This document shows, piece by piece, positions 28,919 through 41,532 of a DNA stretch of 64,000 bases (its first letter is position 1; each line of letters begins with the position of its first letter). The stretch comes from Macrostomum lignano. Lineage: Eukaryota. The position numbers and the translations under genes are program-made. The DNA lies in NCBI GenBank assembly GCA_002269645.1, contig NIVC01001415.1, forward strand, positions 1-64,000. Direction: 5' to 3'. The notes beneath the pieces were generated by a model. That model was not told the origin of the DNA and did not search any database. It worked only from the letters and a program-made list of their open reading frames with translations.

Positions 28919-31900
28919 ATGGCTCCCATCAATGGGATTAGCATTGTGCAGGGCGAGATCGCCTATCTGGTCAGCCACCTTAGGCGAGATCTGCGGCACA
29001 GCAAGCACACTGTGAGTCTCTGCCTGCCTTCTATCTGCCATGAATGCTTGATTAGCTTTAGTAACTTTGCAATGCAAATATCTGCTCACAACAACCAATA
29101 TAGCTTCTCACAGAGAACTGGGTAGCTTCTCACAGTGAACTACCTTTTGGGTGGCTTCTCACAGAGAACTACCATTGGGGTGGCTTCTCACAGAGAACTG
29201 GGTAGCTTCTCACAGTGAACTACCTTTTGGGTGGCTTCTCACAGAGAACTACCATTGGGGTGGCTTCTCACAGAGAACTACCATTGGGGTAACTTCTCAC
29301 AGAGAACTGGGTAGCTTCTCACAGTGAACTACCTTTTGGGTGGCTTCTCACAGAGAACTACCATTGGGGTAGCTTCTCACAGAGAACTACCATTTGGGTA
29401 ACTTCTCACAGAGAACTACCATTGGGGTAGCTTCTCACAGAGAACTACCATTGGGGTAGTTTCTCACAGAGAACTACCATTGGGGTAGCTTCTCACAGAG
29501 AAATACTATTGGGGTAAGTTTCTCACAGAGAAATACTATTGGGGTAACTTCTCACAGAGAACTACCATTTGTGTGGCTTCCCACAGAGAACTGCCATTGG
29601 GGTAGCTTCTCACAGAGAACTGGGTAGCTTCTCACAGAGAACTGGGTAGCTTCTCACAGAGAACTACCATTTGTGTGGCTTCTCACAGAGAACTACCATT
29701 GGGGTAGCTTCTCACAGAGAAATACCATTGGGGTAGCTTCTCACAGAGAACTACCATTTGTGTGGCTTCCCACAGAGAACTACCATTTGTGAGGCTTCTC
29801 ACAGAGAACTACCATTGGGGTAGTTTCTCACAGAGAAATACCATTGGGGTAGCTTCTCACAGAGAACTACCATTGGGGTAGCTTCTCACAGAGAACTACC
29901 ATTGGGGTAATTTCTCACAGAGAGATATCATTGGGGTAGCTTCTCACAGAGAACTACTATTGGGGTAGCTTCTCACAGAGAATTGGGTAGCTTCTCACAG
30001 TGAACTACCATTGGGATAGCTTATCACAGTGAACTACCATTGGCGTAGCTTCTCACAGAGAATTGGGTAGCTTCTCACAGTGAACTACCATTGGGGTAGC
30101 TTCTCACAGTGAACTACCATTGGGGTAGCTTCTCACAGAGAATTGGGTAGCTTCTCACAGTGAACTACCATTGGGGTAACTGTGCGGGTTGCTTTCACAA
30201 ACGCGGAATTTCACAACCGCTAAATCACCTACTTTCACAACCGCGAAACTTCATAACCGCGAAACTTCACAACCGCTAATTTTTTTGCAGTCACTTTCAT
30301 AAACGCGAAACTTCACAAACGCGAAACTTCACAACCGCGAAACTTCATAACCGCGAAACTTCACAACCGCTAAAAAGACTGCAGTATATGAAAGTATGTG
30401 CAAAATTTTTAGCGGTTGTGAAGTTTCGCGTTTGTGAAGTTTCGCGGTTGTGAAGTTTCGCGTTTGTGAAAGTGACAACAAAAAATTTAGCGGTTGTGAA
30501 GTTCGCGTTTATGAAATTTAGCTCTTATGAAAGTAGGTGATTTAGCGGTTGTGAAGTTTCGCGGTTGTGAAGTTTCGCGGTTGTGAAGTTTCGCGTTTAT
30601 GAAAGCAAGTGCTTTTAGCGGTTATGAAATTTCGCGTTTGTGAAACCCACCCCTCATAGTGAACTACCATTGTAGTAGTGTCTCAGAGAAATACCATTGG
30701 AGTAGCTTCTCACAGAGAATTGGGTAGCTTCTCACAGTGAACTACCATTGGGGTAGCTTCTCACAGAGAATTGGGTAGCTTCTCACAGTGAACTACCATT
30801 GGGGTAGCTTCTCACAGAGAATTGGGTAGCTTCTCACAGTGAACTACCATTGGGGTAGCTTCTCAGAGAATTGGGTAGCTTCTCATAGTGAACTACCATT
30901 GGGGTAGCTTCTCACAGTGAACTACCATTGGGGTAGTGTCTCAGAGAAATACCATTGGGGTAGCTTCTCACAGAGAACTGGGTAGCTTCTCACAGTGGAC
31001 TACCATTGCGGTAGCTTCTCGCAGAGAACTGGGTAGCTTCTCACAGAGAACTACCATTGGGGTGGCTTTTTACAGTGAACTGCCATTGGGTAGTTCTTTC
31101 TCATACATAGATTAAAAATCACCTGTGTCACTTATGAGTTCCGAAATTCACCCGGCTGTCACAAATAATCCGCCCCAATCCAGCACGATGACCAGGTGCA
31201 CATGGAGAATCTATTCGAAGACTTCGCTGCGCTCAAGGACGCCCTCAATGCTGTTGAAAACCTGTCCGACTTGGACGCCGAGACATTCCTGTCCCCATTC
31301 CTGGAGGTCATCACGGCCAAGGCCACCATGGGCCGCGTCACGGGCCTGGCGGTCACGTCCATCAATAAATTCCTGAGCTACGAGCTCATCAACGAGTCCA
31401 CGCCGAGTTTAACTGGCGTGATTGAGATGATTGGCGTTGCCGTCACGCATGCCAATTTTCACGGGACGGATCCCGGCAGCAATGAGGCCGTTCTGGCCAG
31501 AATTCTACAGGTATGCTAGTTCTAATGGCTGCATGTATTGCGGCTTCTTATTGTAGCAGTTTTACAGCCTCTCTTAGCTGTGGTATTGCAGCCTCTCTTA
31601 GCTGTGGTATTGCAGCCTCTCTTAGCTGTGGTATTGCAGCCTCTCTTAGCTGTGGTATTGCAGCCTCTCTTAGCTGTGGTATTGCAGCCTCTCTTAGCTG
31701 TGGTATTGCAGCCTCTCTTAGCTGTGGTATTGCAGCCTCTCTTAGCTGTGGTATTGCAGCCTCTCTTAGCTGTGGTATTGCAGCCTCTCTTAGCTGTGGT
31801 ATTGCAGCCTCTCTTAGCTGTGGTATTGCAGCCTCTCTTAGCTGTGGTATTGCAGCCTCTCTTAGCTGTGGTATTGCAGTCTCTCTTAGCTGTGGTATTG

Positions 31901-34900
31901 CAGCCTCTCTTAGCTGTGGTATTGCAGCCTCTCTTAGCTGTGGTATTGCAGCCTCTCTTAGCTGTGGTATTGCAGTCTCTCTTAGCTGTGGTATTGCAGC
32001 CTCTCTTAGCTGTGGTATTGCAGCCTCTCTTAGCTGTGGTATTGCAGCCTCTCTTAGCTGTGGTATTGCAGCCTCTACTCGGTAATTGTCGCAGTCCACA
32101 GTCTCAGCAGAAGCGCATCAATTATCATTTCCAGGTGTTGCGCACCCTGCTCGTGATCCCGGTGGGCGCCCACCTGTCTAACGCTACCGTGTACGAAATT
32201 TTCAAATCCTGTTTGCACCTGTGCTTCGAACGCGAGGTTACGGAACTGATGCGCAAAACAGCAGAATACCAGCTGATGGACATGGTGCAGCTGCTCTTTG
32301 CCCGCCTGCCGCAGCTCAAAGACGACTTGCTGACGCAGCAGAAACTCAAAGCGGCAAGACGGCAGCAGCAGCAGCAGCAGGAAAAGCAGCCAGCAGAATC
32401 TGCTTCATCGAATGTGACCACAGCAGCCGTCACCAATGCTGACAGTTCCGCGTCTGCTTCCGCTGCTACTGCCGCGCCCACAGCCTCGGAGAAGAAGCGG
32501 CAGGAGACGCACCATCAGCAGCAGCAACAGGTGCCCGCTTCGGACCAGTCCGTTCCAGACGGTGCCAGCGGTGGCGGCGTCAGCGGCGGCGGTGGCAGCG
32601 AATTTGATACGGGATCCACCCCATTCATTGCCAAGACTTTCTCCGAGTTGCACAAGGACTTTCAGGTTGTTTGTTTTGTCATATTAGGCCACAGTTTACT
32701 CGTATCTTGGTAGCTTGCCAGCTTTCCATATCCTCAGTTGCTTTGCCAGCTTTCCATATCCTCAGTTGCTTTGCCAGCCTCCCAGATCCTCAGTTGCCGG
32801 GTCAGCCTCCAAGAGTGTCAGTTGCTGGGCCAGCCTCCCAGATCCTCAGTTGCTGGGCCAGCCTTCCAGATCCTCAGTTGCTGGGCCAGCCTTCCAGATC
32901 CTCAGTTGCTGGGCCAGCCTTTCAGATCCTCAGTTGCTGGGCCAGCCTCCCAGAGTGTCAGTTGCCGGGCCAGCCTTCCAGATCCTCAGTTGCTGGGCCA
33001 GCCTCCCAGAGCGTCAGTTGCTGGGCCAGCCTCCCAGATCCTCAGTTGCTTTGCCAGCCTCCCAGATCCTCAGTTGCCGGGTCAGCTTCCTAGAGTGTCG
33101 TTGCTGGTCCAGCCTCCCAGAGTGTCAGTTGATGGGCCAGCCTCCCAGAGTGTTAGTTGCTGGGCCAGCCTTCCAGATCTTCAGTTGCTGGTCCAGCCTC
33201 CCAGAGTGTCAGTTGATGGGCCAGCCTCCCAGAGTGTTAGTTGCTGGGCCAGTCTTCCAGATCCTCAGTTGCTGGGCCAGCCTCCCAGATCCTCAGTTGC
33301 TGGGCCAGCCTCCTAGAGTGTCGTTGCTGGTCCAGCCTCCCAGATCCTCAGTTGCTGGGCCAGCCTCCCAGAGTGTCAGTTGATGGGCCAGCCTCCCAGA
33401 GTGTTAGTTGCTGGGCCAGCCTTCCAGATCCTCAGTTGCTGGGCCAGCCTCCCAGATCCTCAGTTGCTGGGCCAGCCTCCTAGAGTGTCGTTGCTGGTCC
33501 AGCCTCCCAGATCCTCAGTTGCTGGGCCAGCCTCCCAGAGTGTCAGTTGCTGGGCCAGCCTCCCAAAGTGTCAGTTGTCGGGCCAGCCTCCCAAAGTGTC
33601 AGTTGTCGGGCCAGCCTCCCAGAGTGTCAGTTGCTGGGCCAGCCTGCCAGAGTGTCCAGCCTCCCAGAGTGTCGTTGCTGGGTCAGCCTCCCAGAGTGTT
33701 AGTTGTTGGGCCAGCCTTCCAGATCCTCAGTTGCTGGGCCAGCCTCCCAGAGTGTCAGTTGTCGGGCCAGCCTCCCAGATCCTCAGCTGCTGGGCCAGCC
33801 TCCCAGATCCTCAGCTGCTGGGCCAGCCTCCCAGAGTGTCAGTTGCTGGGCCAACCTCCCAAAGTGTCAGTTCTCGGGCCAGCCTCCCAGATCCTCAGTT
33901 GCTGGGCCAGCCTCCCAGATCCTCAGTTGCTGTGCCAGCCTCCCAAAGTGTCAGTTGTCGGGCCAGCCTCCCAGATGTTTAAAGCCGGCTTGTGTCTCAT
34001 GCTGTCGTGGCGCAGGATCGCCAGCAAGACTCGTGCTGCATTGAGATCGAGGATCCCGCGCCAAAAGCTACGGCAGAGCTGTCCGCAGCTGACCAGAGCG
34101 AGGCAGCTGAAGAGGCCGCCGAATTTTCTGCCACTCTGGCGGCGTCTTCGCGTGACCGCACGGTGTCGCTGACGGAGCCGGCCGGGCAGGATCAGGTGGA
34201 TGCGGCGGAGGAGTCGATTGTGGCGGCTCCGGAGGCTTCTCCAAGCGTGGATGTTGCCGAGCAACCCGCTGCTACCATTGTTGAGACCGAGGCCGAGACG
34301 GAGGCGGAAGCGGAAGCGGAGGAATCTGGGGTATTGCAGCCTCTCTTAGCAGAGAAATCCGAGCAGCCAGGCGATCAACCGGCTAAGGATTATGTTAATC
34401 CTAAAGGGATCAGATTTACCGCAGGTAATTGGTATCGCTTTTTAATTTGAAGTTTAACATTTTAATGATATTTTAACCCGTTTTTTATCATTACCTGCGT
34501 GTCTAATCGGAATACCACAGAATCTGGAATGGAATGGCTGAATGCTGATTCACGATCCCACAATACCGATCCCGAATCCTACAATGCTGATCCCGAATCC
34601 CACAATGCAGATCCATAATCCCACAATGCAGATCACGAGTCCAACAATGCAAATCCCGAATCTCACAATGCAGATCCCGAATTCCACAATGCAGATCCCG
34701 AATTCCACAATGCAGATCCCGAGTCCCATAATGCAGATCCCGAATCCCATAGTATCAATCCCGAATCCCACAATGCCGATCACGAATCCCACAATTCCTA
34801 TCCCGAATCCCACAATGCCGATCACAAATCCCACAATGCCGATCACGAATCCCACAATGCTGATCCCGAATACACAATTCCTATCCCGAATCCCACAATG

Positions 34901-37900
34901 CCGATCACGAATCCCACAATGCCGATCACGAATCCCACAATGCTGATCCCGAATACACAATTCCTATCCCGAATCCCACAATGCCGATCACGAATCCCAC
35001 AATGCCGATCACGAATCCCACAAAGCCGATCACGAATCCTGAAAATCCTTCGCATAACAGAGTCGTCAGACGCGGAAACGGCCGCTCCGCAGTCGGAGGA
35101 CGTCTCCAACGCCGCCGCAGGTGCTGCTGGCCCCGCCGCCTCCTCGACTTTAGGCGTGGCGAACACCAAGCGGCAGCTGGGGCCGTACGGGCTGCTGAGC
35201 GTGCGCGAGATCTTCAAGCAGCTAATCGCCAACATGAACCCGCACGATCGGAGCAATACGGACGCGAAAATGGAGACCTGTTTGAATCTGTTGGCCCAAG
35301 CCTTTGAAGTTGCCGCCGATAGCTTAGAGAAATGCGACTGCCTGCTGGAGCTGGTGCGGAGCGATCTGTGCAAGAATCTGGTGTCTGTGAGTTGCGGGGC
35401 TGGGCTAACTGCTTGATTTACGACGTACTATGCTTAGTGTGACAAGTCTGCGGGCTTGTGGGTTCAAGCCTGAAGACCGGCCACCTACCGGCAAAATCCA
35501 CGTGGAGTACAAAGGCTGCCGAATTCGCCTGCCCGCAGCTGCTTCACTTCAGCGGCACCTCCGTGTTCGCCGCCTCCCTCCGGCTCGGCTACCTGATCTT
35601 CAGCTCGCTTCGCTGGCACCTGAAGTTCCAGCTGGAGCGGTACCTGACCCGCCTGATGGAGATCGTCACCTCGGAGGGCAGCCGGGTGTCGTTTGACCAC
35701 CGCGAGCTGGCTCTGGAATCGCTGGTACAGCTCTGGCGGGTGCCAGGCTTCGTTGCCGAGGTGTACCTGAACTACGACTGCGACCTGTACTGCTCCAGCC
35801 TGTTCAAGGACATCACCGAGCTGTTGTCCAAGAACGCCTTCAGCACCGGCGGCGGCATATTCAGCACGCACTTGTTGTCGCTGGACGCTCTGCTAACCGT
35901 CATTGACTGCATCGAAGCCCACTGCAACGCCGCTGCCGCAGTGTCTGCCACCAAAGCCGCCGCATCGCAGAAGCAGCCTCAGCAGCAACAGCAGCAAAGC
36001 CAGCAGCTGTCATTAACACAAGCTTCCCTGACTACTGGCTACCAGGCTGCGTCAGCTCAGGCCGTTGCGGCCGCCCCAGCCTCCACGATATCGGCGATGT
36101 CATCGGCGATGATGTCACCAACATCGGTGGCCTCGGCGGACTCCTGCGACGTCAAGGAGCTGGCGCGCCGGCGCGAGCGCAAGAAGCTGCTGCAACAAGG
36201 CGCCGAATTGTTCAACAGAAATCCGGCTAAGGGGCTGGCGTTTCTTGGCGAACACAAGCTGCTGTACCCCAACTGTCCGGAGAGCGTGGCCGCCTTCCTG
36301 CGGGAGAATCCGAGCCTGGATAAGAAGGTTGGCGATTGACTTTGTGCCCAATCAGTTCCTCATTAGGAGTCATTATCACTCATTATCATTATGTGCCATC
36401 ACCTCACCAGTCCCTCAATAGCTACCAGCATCTCCCAAAGCTTTCACTGCGTGCTCCACTCCCTCCCATATTCTCAGTTACTGGGCCAGCCTCCCATATC
36501 CTCAGTTACTGGGCCAGCCTCCCATATCCTCAGTTACTGGGCCAGCCTCTCAGATCCTCAGTTACTGGGCCAGCCTCCCAGATCCTCAGTTACTGGGCCA
36601 GCCTCCCAGATCCTCAGTTACTGGGCCAGCCTCCCAGATCCTCAGTTACTGGGCCAGCCTCTCAGATCCTCAGTTACTGGGCCGGCCTCCCAGATCCTCA
36701 GTTACTGGGCCAGCCTCCCAGAGTGTCAGTTGCTGGGCCAGCCTCTCAGATCCTCAGTTGCTGGGCCAGCCTCCCAGATCCTCAGTTGCTGGGCCAGCCT
36801 CCCAGATCCTCAGTTACTGGGCCAGCCTCCCAGAGTGTCAGTTGCTGGGCCAGCCTCCCAGATCCTCAGTAGCTGATCGCCCCACCCCAGATCCTCAGAC
36901 TAAGCGCGTCCCCAGCCGCATGAGAACCGTCACCCCAGTGCAGTAACACATACCGGAACCAAAGGCATTGCGCAATTCTCTCCCTTCACCACCTGCAGGT
37001 ACTCGGCGAGTTCATCAGCAAGAAGAAGCTGGCGCCAATTCTGCGCGCCTTCTGCCGCAGCTTCAACTTCGCCGGCCGACGAGTTGACGAGGCGCTTCGC
37101 GATTACCTGGAGACGTTCCGCCTGCCCGGTGAGGCGCCGCTCATCCAGCATGTGCTCGAGCACTTTGCCGACCACTGGCACAGCGCCAACGGCCACCCCT
37201 TTGCCAACGAAGACGCCGCCTACGTGCTGGCATACTCGGTGATCATGCTCAACACTGACCAGCACAATGCCAATGCGCGCAAGCAGAATCTGCCAATGAC
37301 GCTCGATAATTTCAAGCGCAATTTGAAGGGCGTCAATGGCGGCAAGGACTTCGATCAGGACATGCTCGAGGCCATCTACATGACTATTAAGAATGACGAG
37401 ATCGTCATGCCCAGCGAACAGACGGGCTTGGTTAAGGAGAACTACATGTGGAAGGTAACTGGTCTTGGGTTAGCTTGTTAGTTTTCAAGGATACCAGTGC
37501 TCAAGATTGGACACCCACTCCCCCAGTGCTCAAGATTGGACACCCACTCACCCAGTGCTCAAGATTGGACACCACTCTCACTCAGTGCTCAAGATTGGAC
37601 ACCCACTCCCCCAGTGCTCAAGATTGGACACCCACTCACCCAGTGCTCAAGATTGGACACCACTCTCACTCAGTGCTCAAGATTGGACACCCACTCCCCC
37701 AGTGCTCAAGATTGGACACCCACTCCCCCAGTGCTCAAGATTGGACACCCACTCCCCCAGTGCTCAAGATTGGACACCCACTCACCCAGTGCTCAAGATT
37801 GGACACCACTCTCACTCAGTGCTCAAGATTGGACACCCACTCCCCAAGTGCTCAAGATTGGACACCCACTCCCCCAGTGCTCAAGATTGGACACCCACTC

Positions 37901-40900
37901 CCCCAGTGCTCAAGATTGGACACCCACTCACCCAGTGCTCAAGATTGGACACCACTCTCACTCAGTGCTCAAGATTGGACACCACTCTCACTCAGTGCTC
38001 AAGATTGGACACCACTCTCACTCAGTGCTCAAGATTGGACACCCACTCTCCCAGTGCTCAAGATTGGACACCCACTCACCCAGTGCTTAAGATTGGACAC
38101 CCACTCACCCAGTGCTCATGATTGGACACCCACTCTCCCAGTGCTCAAGATTGAGTTTTGCTATCTTACTGTCGCTCCCAACCCCCCCCCCCCCCTAGCT
38201 CATCCTGCGCCGCGGCTCAACCGAGCAGGCCAGCTTCATTCGCGCACCAGTGGGGCAGTTGGACCTGGACCTGTTCAACCTAATCTGGGGGCCCACCGTG
38301 GCCGCGCTGTCGCACGTGTTCGATAAGACAGCCGACGAGGCCATAGTGGTGCCCAAGGCGATATCCGGTTTCAGAAAGTGCGCCATGATCTCCGCTCACT
38401 ACGGCCTCACCGATGTCTTTGATAACATAATCATTTCGCTGTGCAAGTTCACCGGGCTGCTGAGCTCGGTTGAGGTAAAATTTACACAGATTTTATCGGC
38501 AATGTTTGAGTGCAGTTCGAGCTCATGGCGGTGCAAAAATCTATTTTAGAGCCCCGACAACATAGCGGTGCAATTTGGCGGCAACATCAAAGCCCAGCTG
38601 GCCGCCAAGACTGTCTGCGGCCTGACCCATCGGCACGGCGATATTCTCAGGGAGGGCTGGAAAAACCTGCTGGACTGCATGCTGCACCTGTACAAGGCTC
38701 GGCTGATGCCGGACTCGCTAGTTGAAGTCAAGGACTTCATTCACCCATCTGGAAAGATTCGCCTCATTAAGGAGGAGACCACCAACACGAATAGGTGAGC
38801 TGGCGTAAATGAGTCTGGGTTTATCACTTCTCGAACAAAAAAATTTTGTTTGGCAGTCACCTTATTGTCTCTCTTGACGCCCATCCTTTCTTGACTGTCC
38901 GTCTAAAAATAGAATCTGACATCATCCCCAATGGTCTAAAAATAGAATCTGACATCATCCCCAATGGTCTAAAAATAGAATCTGACATCATCCCAAATGG
39001 TCTAAAAATAGAATCTGACATCATCCCCAATGGTCTAAAAATAGAATCTGACATCATCCCCAATGGTCTAAAAATAGAATCTGACATCATCCCCACTGGT
39101 CTAAAAATAGAATCTGACATTATTTTTAAAACCCTCTCTTCTACACACTGCATTATTAACAGGCAAGAGACGGGCGTGTTCTCCAGCCTGTACATGTCGC
39201 TGTTCTCAGACACTAGCAGCTCCAGGGCGGCCCTATCCGAGGAGCTGGCCGCCCGTCAGCGCGCCGCCGAATGCATTCGCGAATGCCAGCTGGAGCAGCT
39301 GGTTCAGGACACGAAATTTCTGCGCATGGATTCGTTGAGCGAATTAGTAAAGGATCTGATCTTTGCCGTGCAGGACAATTACCAGTCCAGGGACCTGCTG
39401 TCAGACGGGCACAGCTACGCTGTTCTGGACGAGGACGCCTGCGTGTTCTACTTTGAACTGCTCATGCAGGTGCTGCTGCAGAATCGGGACCGGCTCGGCC
39501 CGCTCTGGTCATCCGTGCGGAGCTACTTCTACAATGTATTGATTGGCAGCACCGAGTCCTCCTTCCTGCTGGAGCGCTCCATTGTGGGCCTGATCCGGCT
39601 GGGGCACCGGCTGCTGCACAGGGAGGACATGTCCGCCCAGGTCTGCATGCTGTGTGTTCTTGTCTGTCTGCCTGCCTGCCTGCCTGTCTGTCTCAGTGTC
39701 TGTCTGCCTGCCTGTCTTAGTGTCTGTCTGCCTGACTGTCTTAGTGTCTGTCTGCCTGTCTGTCTGCCTGCCTGCCTGTCTCAGTGTCTGTCTGCCTGCC
39801 TGTCTTAGTGTCTGCCTGTCTGCCTGTTTTAGTGTCTGTCTGCCTGTCTGTCTGCCTGCCTGCCTGTCTCAGTGTCTGTCTGCCTGCCTGTCTTAGTGTC
39901 TGTCTGCCTGCCTGTCTGCCTGCCTGCCTGCCTGTCTGCCTGCCTGTCTCAGTGTCTGCCTGCCTGCCTGTCTTAGTGTCTGTCTGCCTGTCTGTCTGTC
40001 TGCCTGCCTGTCTTAGTGTCTGCCCGCCTGCCTGTCTCAGTGTCTGTCTGCCTGCCTGTCTTAGTGTCTGCCTGCCTGCCTGTCTTAGTGTCTGTCTGCC
40101 TGTCTGTCTGCCTGCCTGCCTGTCTCAGTGTCTGTCTGCCTGCCTGTCTTAGTGTCTGTCTGCCTGCCTGCCTGTCTCAGTGTCTGTCTGCCTGCCTGTC
40201 TTAGTGTCTGTCTGCCTGCCTGCCTGTCTCAGTGTCTGTCTGCCTGCCTGTCTTAGTGTCTGCCTGTCTTAGTGTCTGTCTGCCTGCCTGTCTGCCTGCC
40301 TGCCTGTCTCAGTGTCTGCCTGCCTGCCTGTCTTAGTGTCTGTCTGCCTGTCTGTCTGCCTGCCTGCCTGTCTCAGTGTCTGTCTGCCTGCCTGTCTGCC
40401 TGCCTGCCTGTCTCAGTGTCTGCCTGCCTGTCTGTCTTAGTGTCTGTCTGCCTGTCTGTCTGCCTGCCTGCCTGTCTCAGTGTCTGTCTGCCTGCCTGTC
40501 TTAGTGTCTGTCTGCCTGTCTGTCTGTCTGCCTGCCTGTCTTAGTGTCTGTCTGCCTGCCTGTCTTAGTGTCTGTCTGCCTGCCTGTCTTAGTGTCTGTC
40601 TGCCTGCCTGTCTTAGTGTCTGTCTGCCTGCCTGTCTTAGTGTCTGTCTGCCTGTCTGTCTGTCTGCCTGCCTGTCTGTCTGTCTGCCTGCCTGTCTTAG
40701 TGTCTGTCTGCCTGCCTGTCTTAGTGTCTGTCTGCCTGCCTGTCTTAGTGTCTGTCTGCCTGTCTGTCTGCCTGCCTGCCTGTCTCAGTGTCTGCCTGCC
40801 TGCCTGTCTTAGTGTCTGTCTGCCTGTCTGTCTGTCTGCCTGCCTGTCTTAGTGTCTGTCTGCCTGTCTGTCTGTCTGCCTGCCTGTCTTAGTGTCTGTC

Positions 40901-41451
40901 TGCCTGCCTGTCTTAGTGTCTGTCTGCCTGTCTGTCTGTCTGCCTGCCTGTCTTAGTGTCTGTCTGCCTGCCTGTCTTAGTGTCTGTCTGCCTGCCTGTC
41001 TTAGTGTCTGCCTGTCTTAGTGTCTGTCTGCCTGTCTGTCTGCCTGCCTGCCTGTCTCAGTGTCTGTCTGCCTGCCTGTCTTAGTGTCTGTCTGCCTGTC
41101 TGTCTGCCTGCCTGCCTGTCTCAGTGTCTGTCTGCCTGCCTATCTTAGTGTCTGTCTGCCCGTCTGTCTGTCTGCCTGCCTGTCTTAGTGTCTGTCTGCC
41201 TGTCTGTCTGCCTGTCTGTCTGCCTGCCTGCCTGTCTCAGTGTCTGCCTGCCTGCCTGTCTTAGTGTCTGTCTGCCTGCCTGTCTGTCTGCCTGCCTGTC
41301 TTAGTGTCTGCCCGCCTGCCTGTCTTAGTGTCTGTCTGCCTGTCTGTCTGCCTGTCTGTCTGCCTGCCTGCCTGTCTCAGTGTCTGCCTGCCTGCCTGTC
41401 TTAGTGTCTGCCTGCCTGCCTGTCTTAGTGTCTGTCTGCCTGTCTGTCTGT

Positions 41452-41532
<81 letters not shown>

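Noticed and set aside
29100-31090. CRISPR-like appearance of this and other 27-67-bp arrays with palindromic units
   Set aside because: Units are head-to-tail with no unique spacers, there are no cas genes, and the context is eukaryotic introns.
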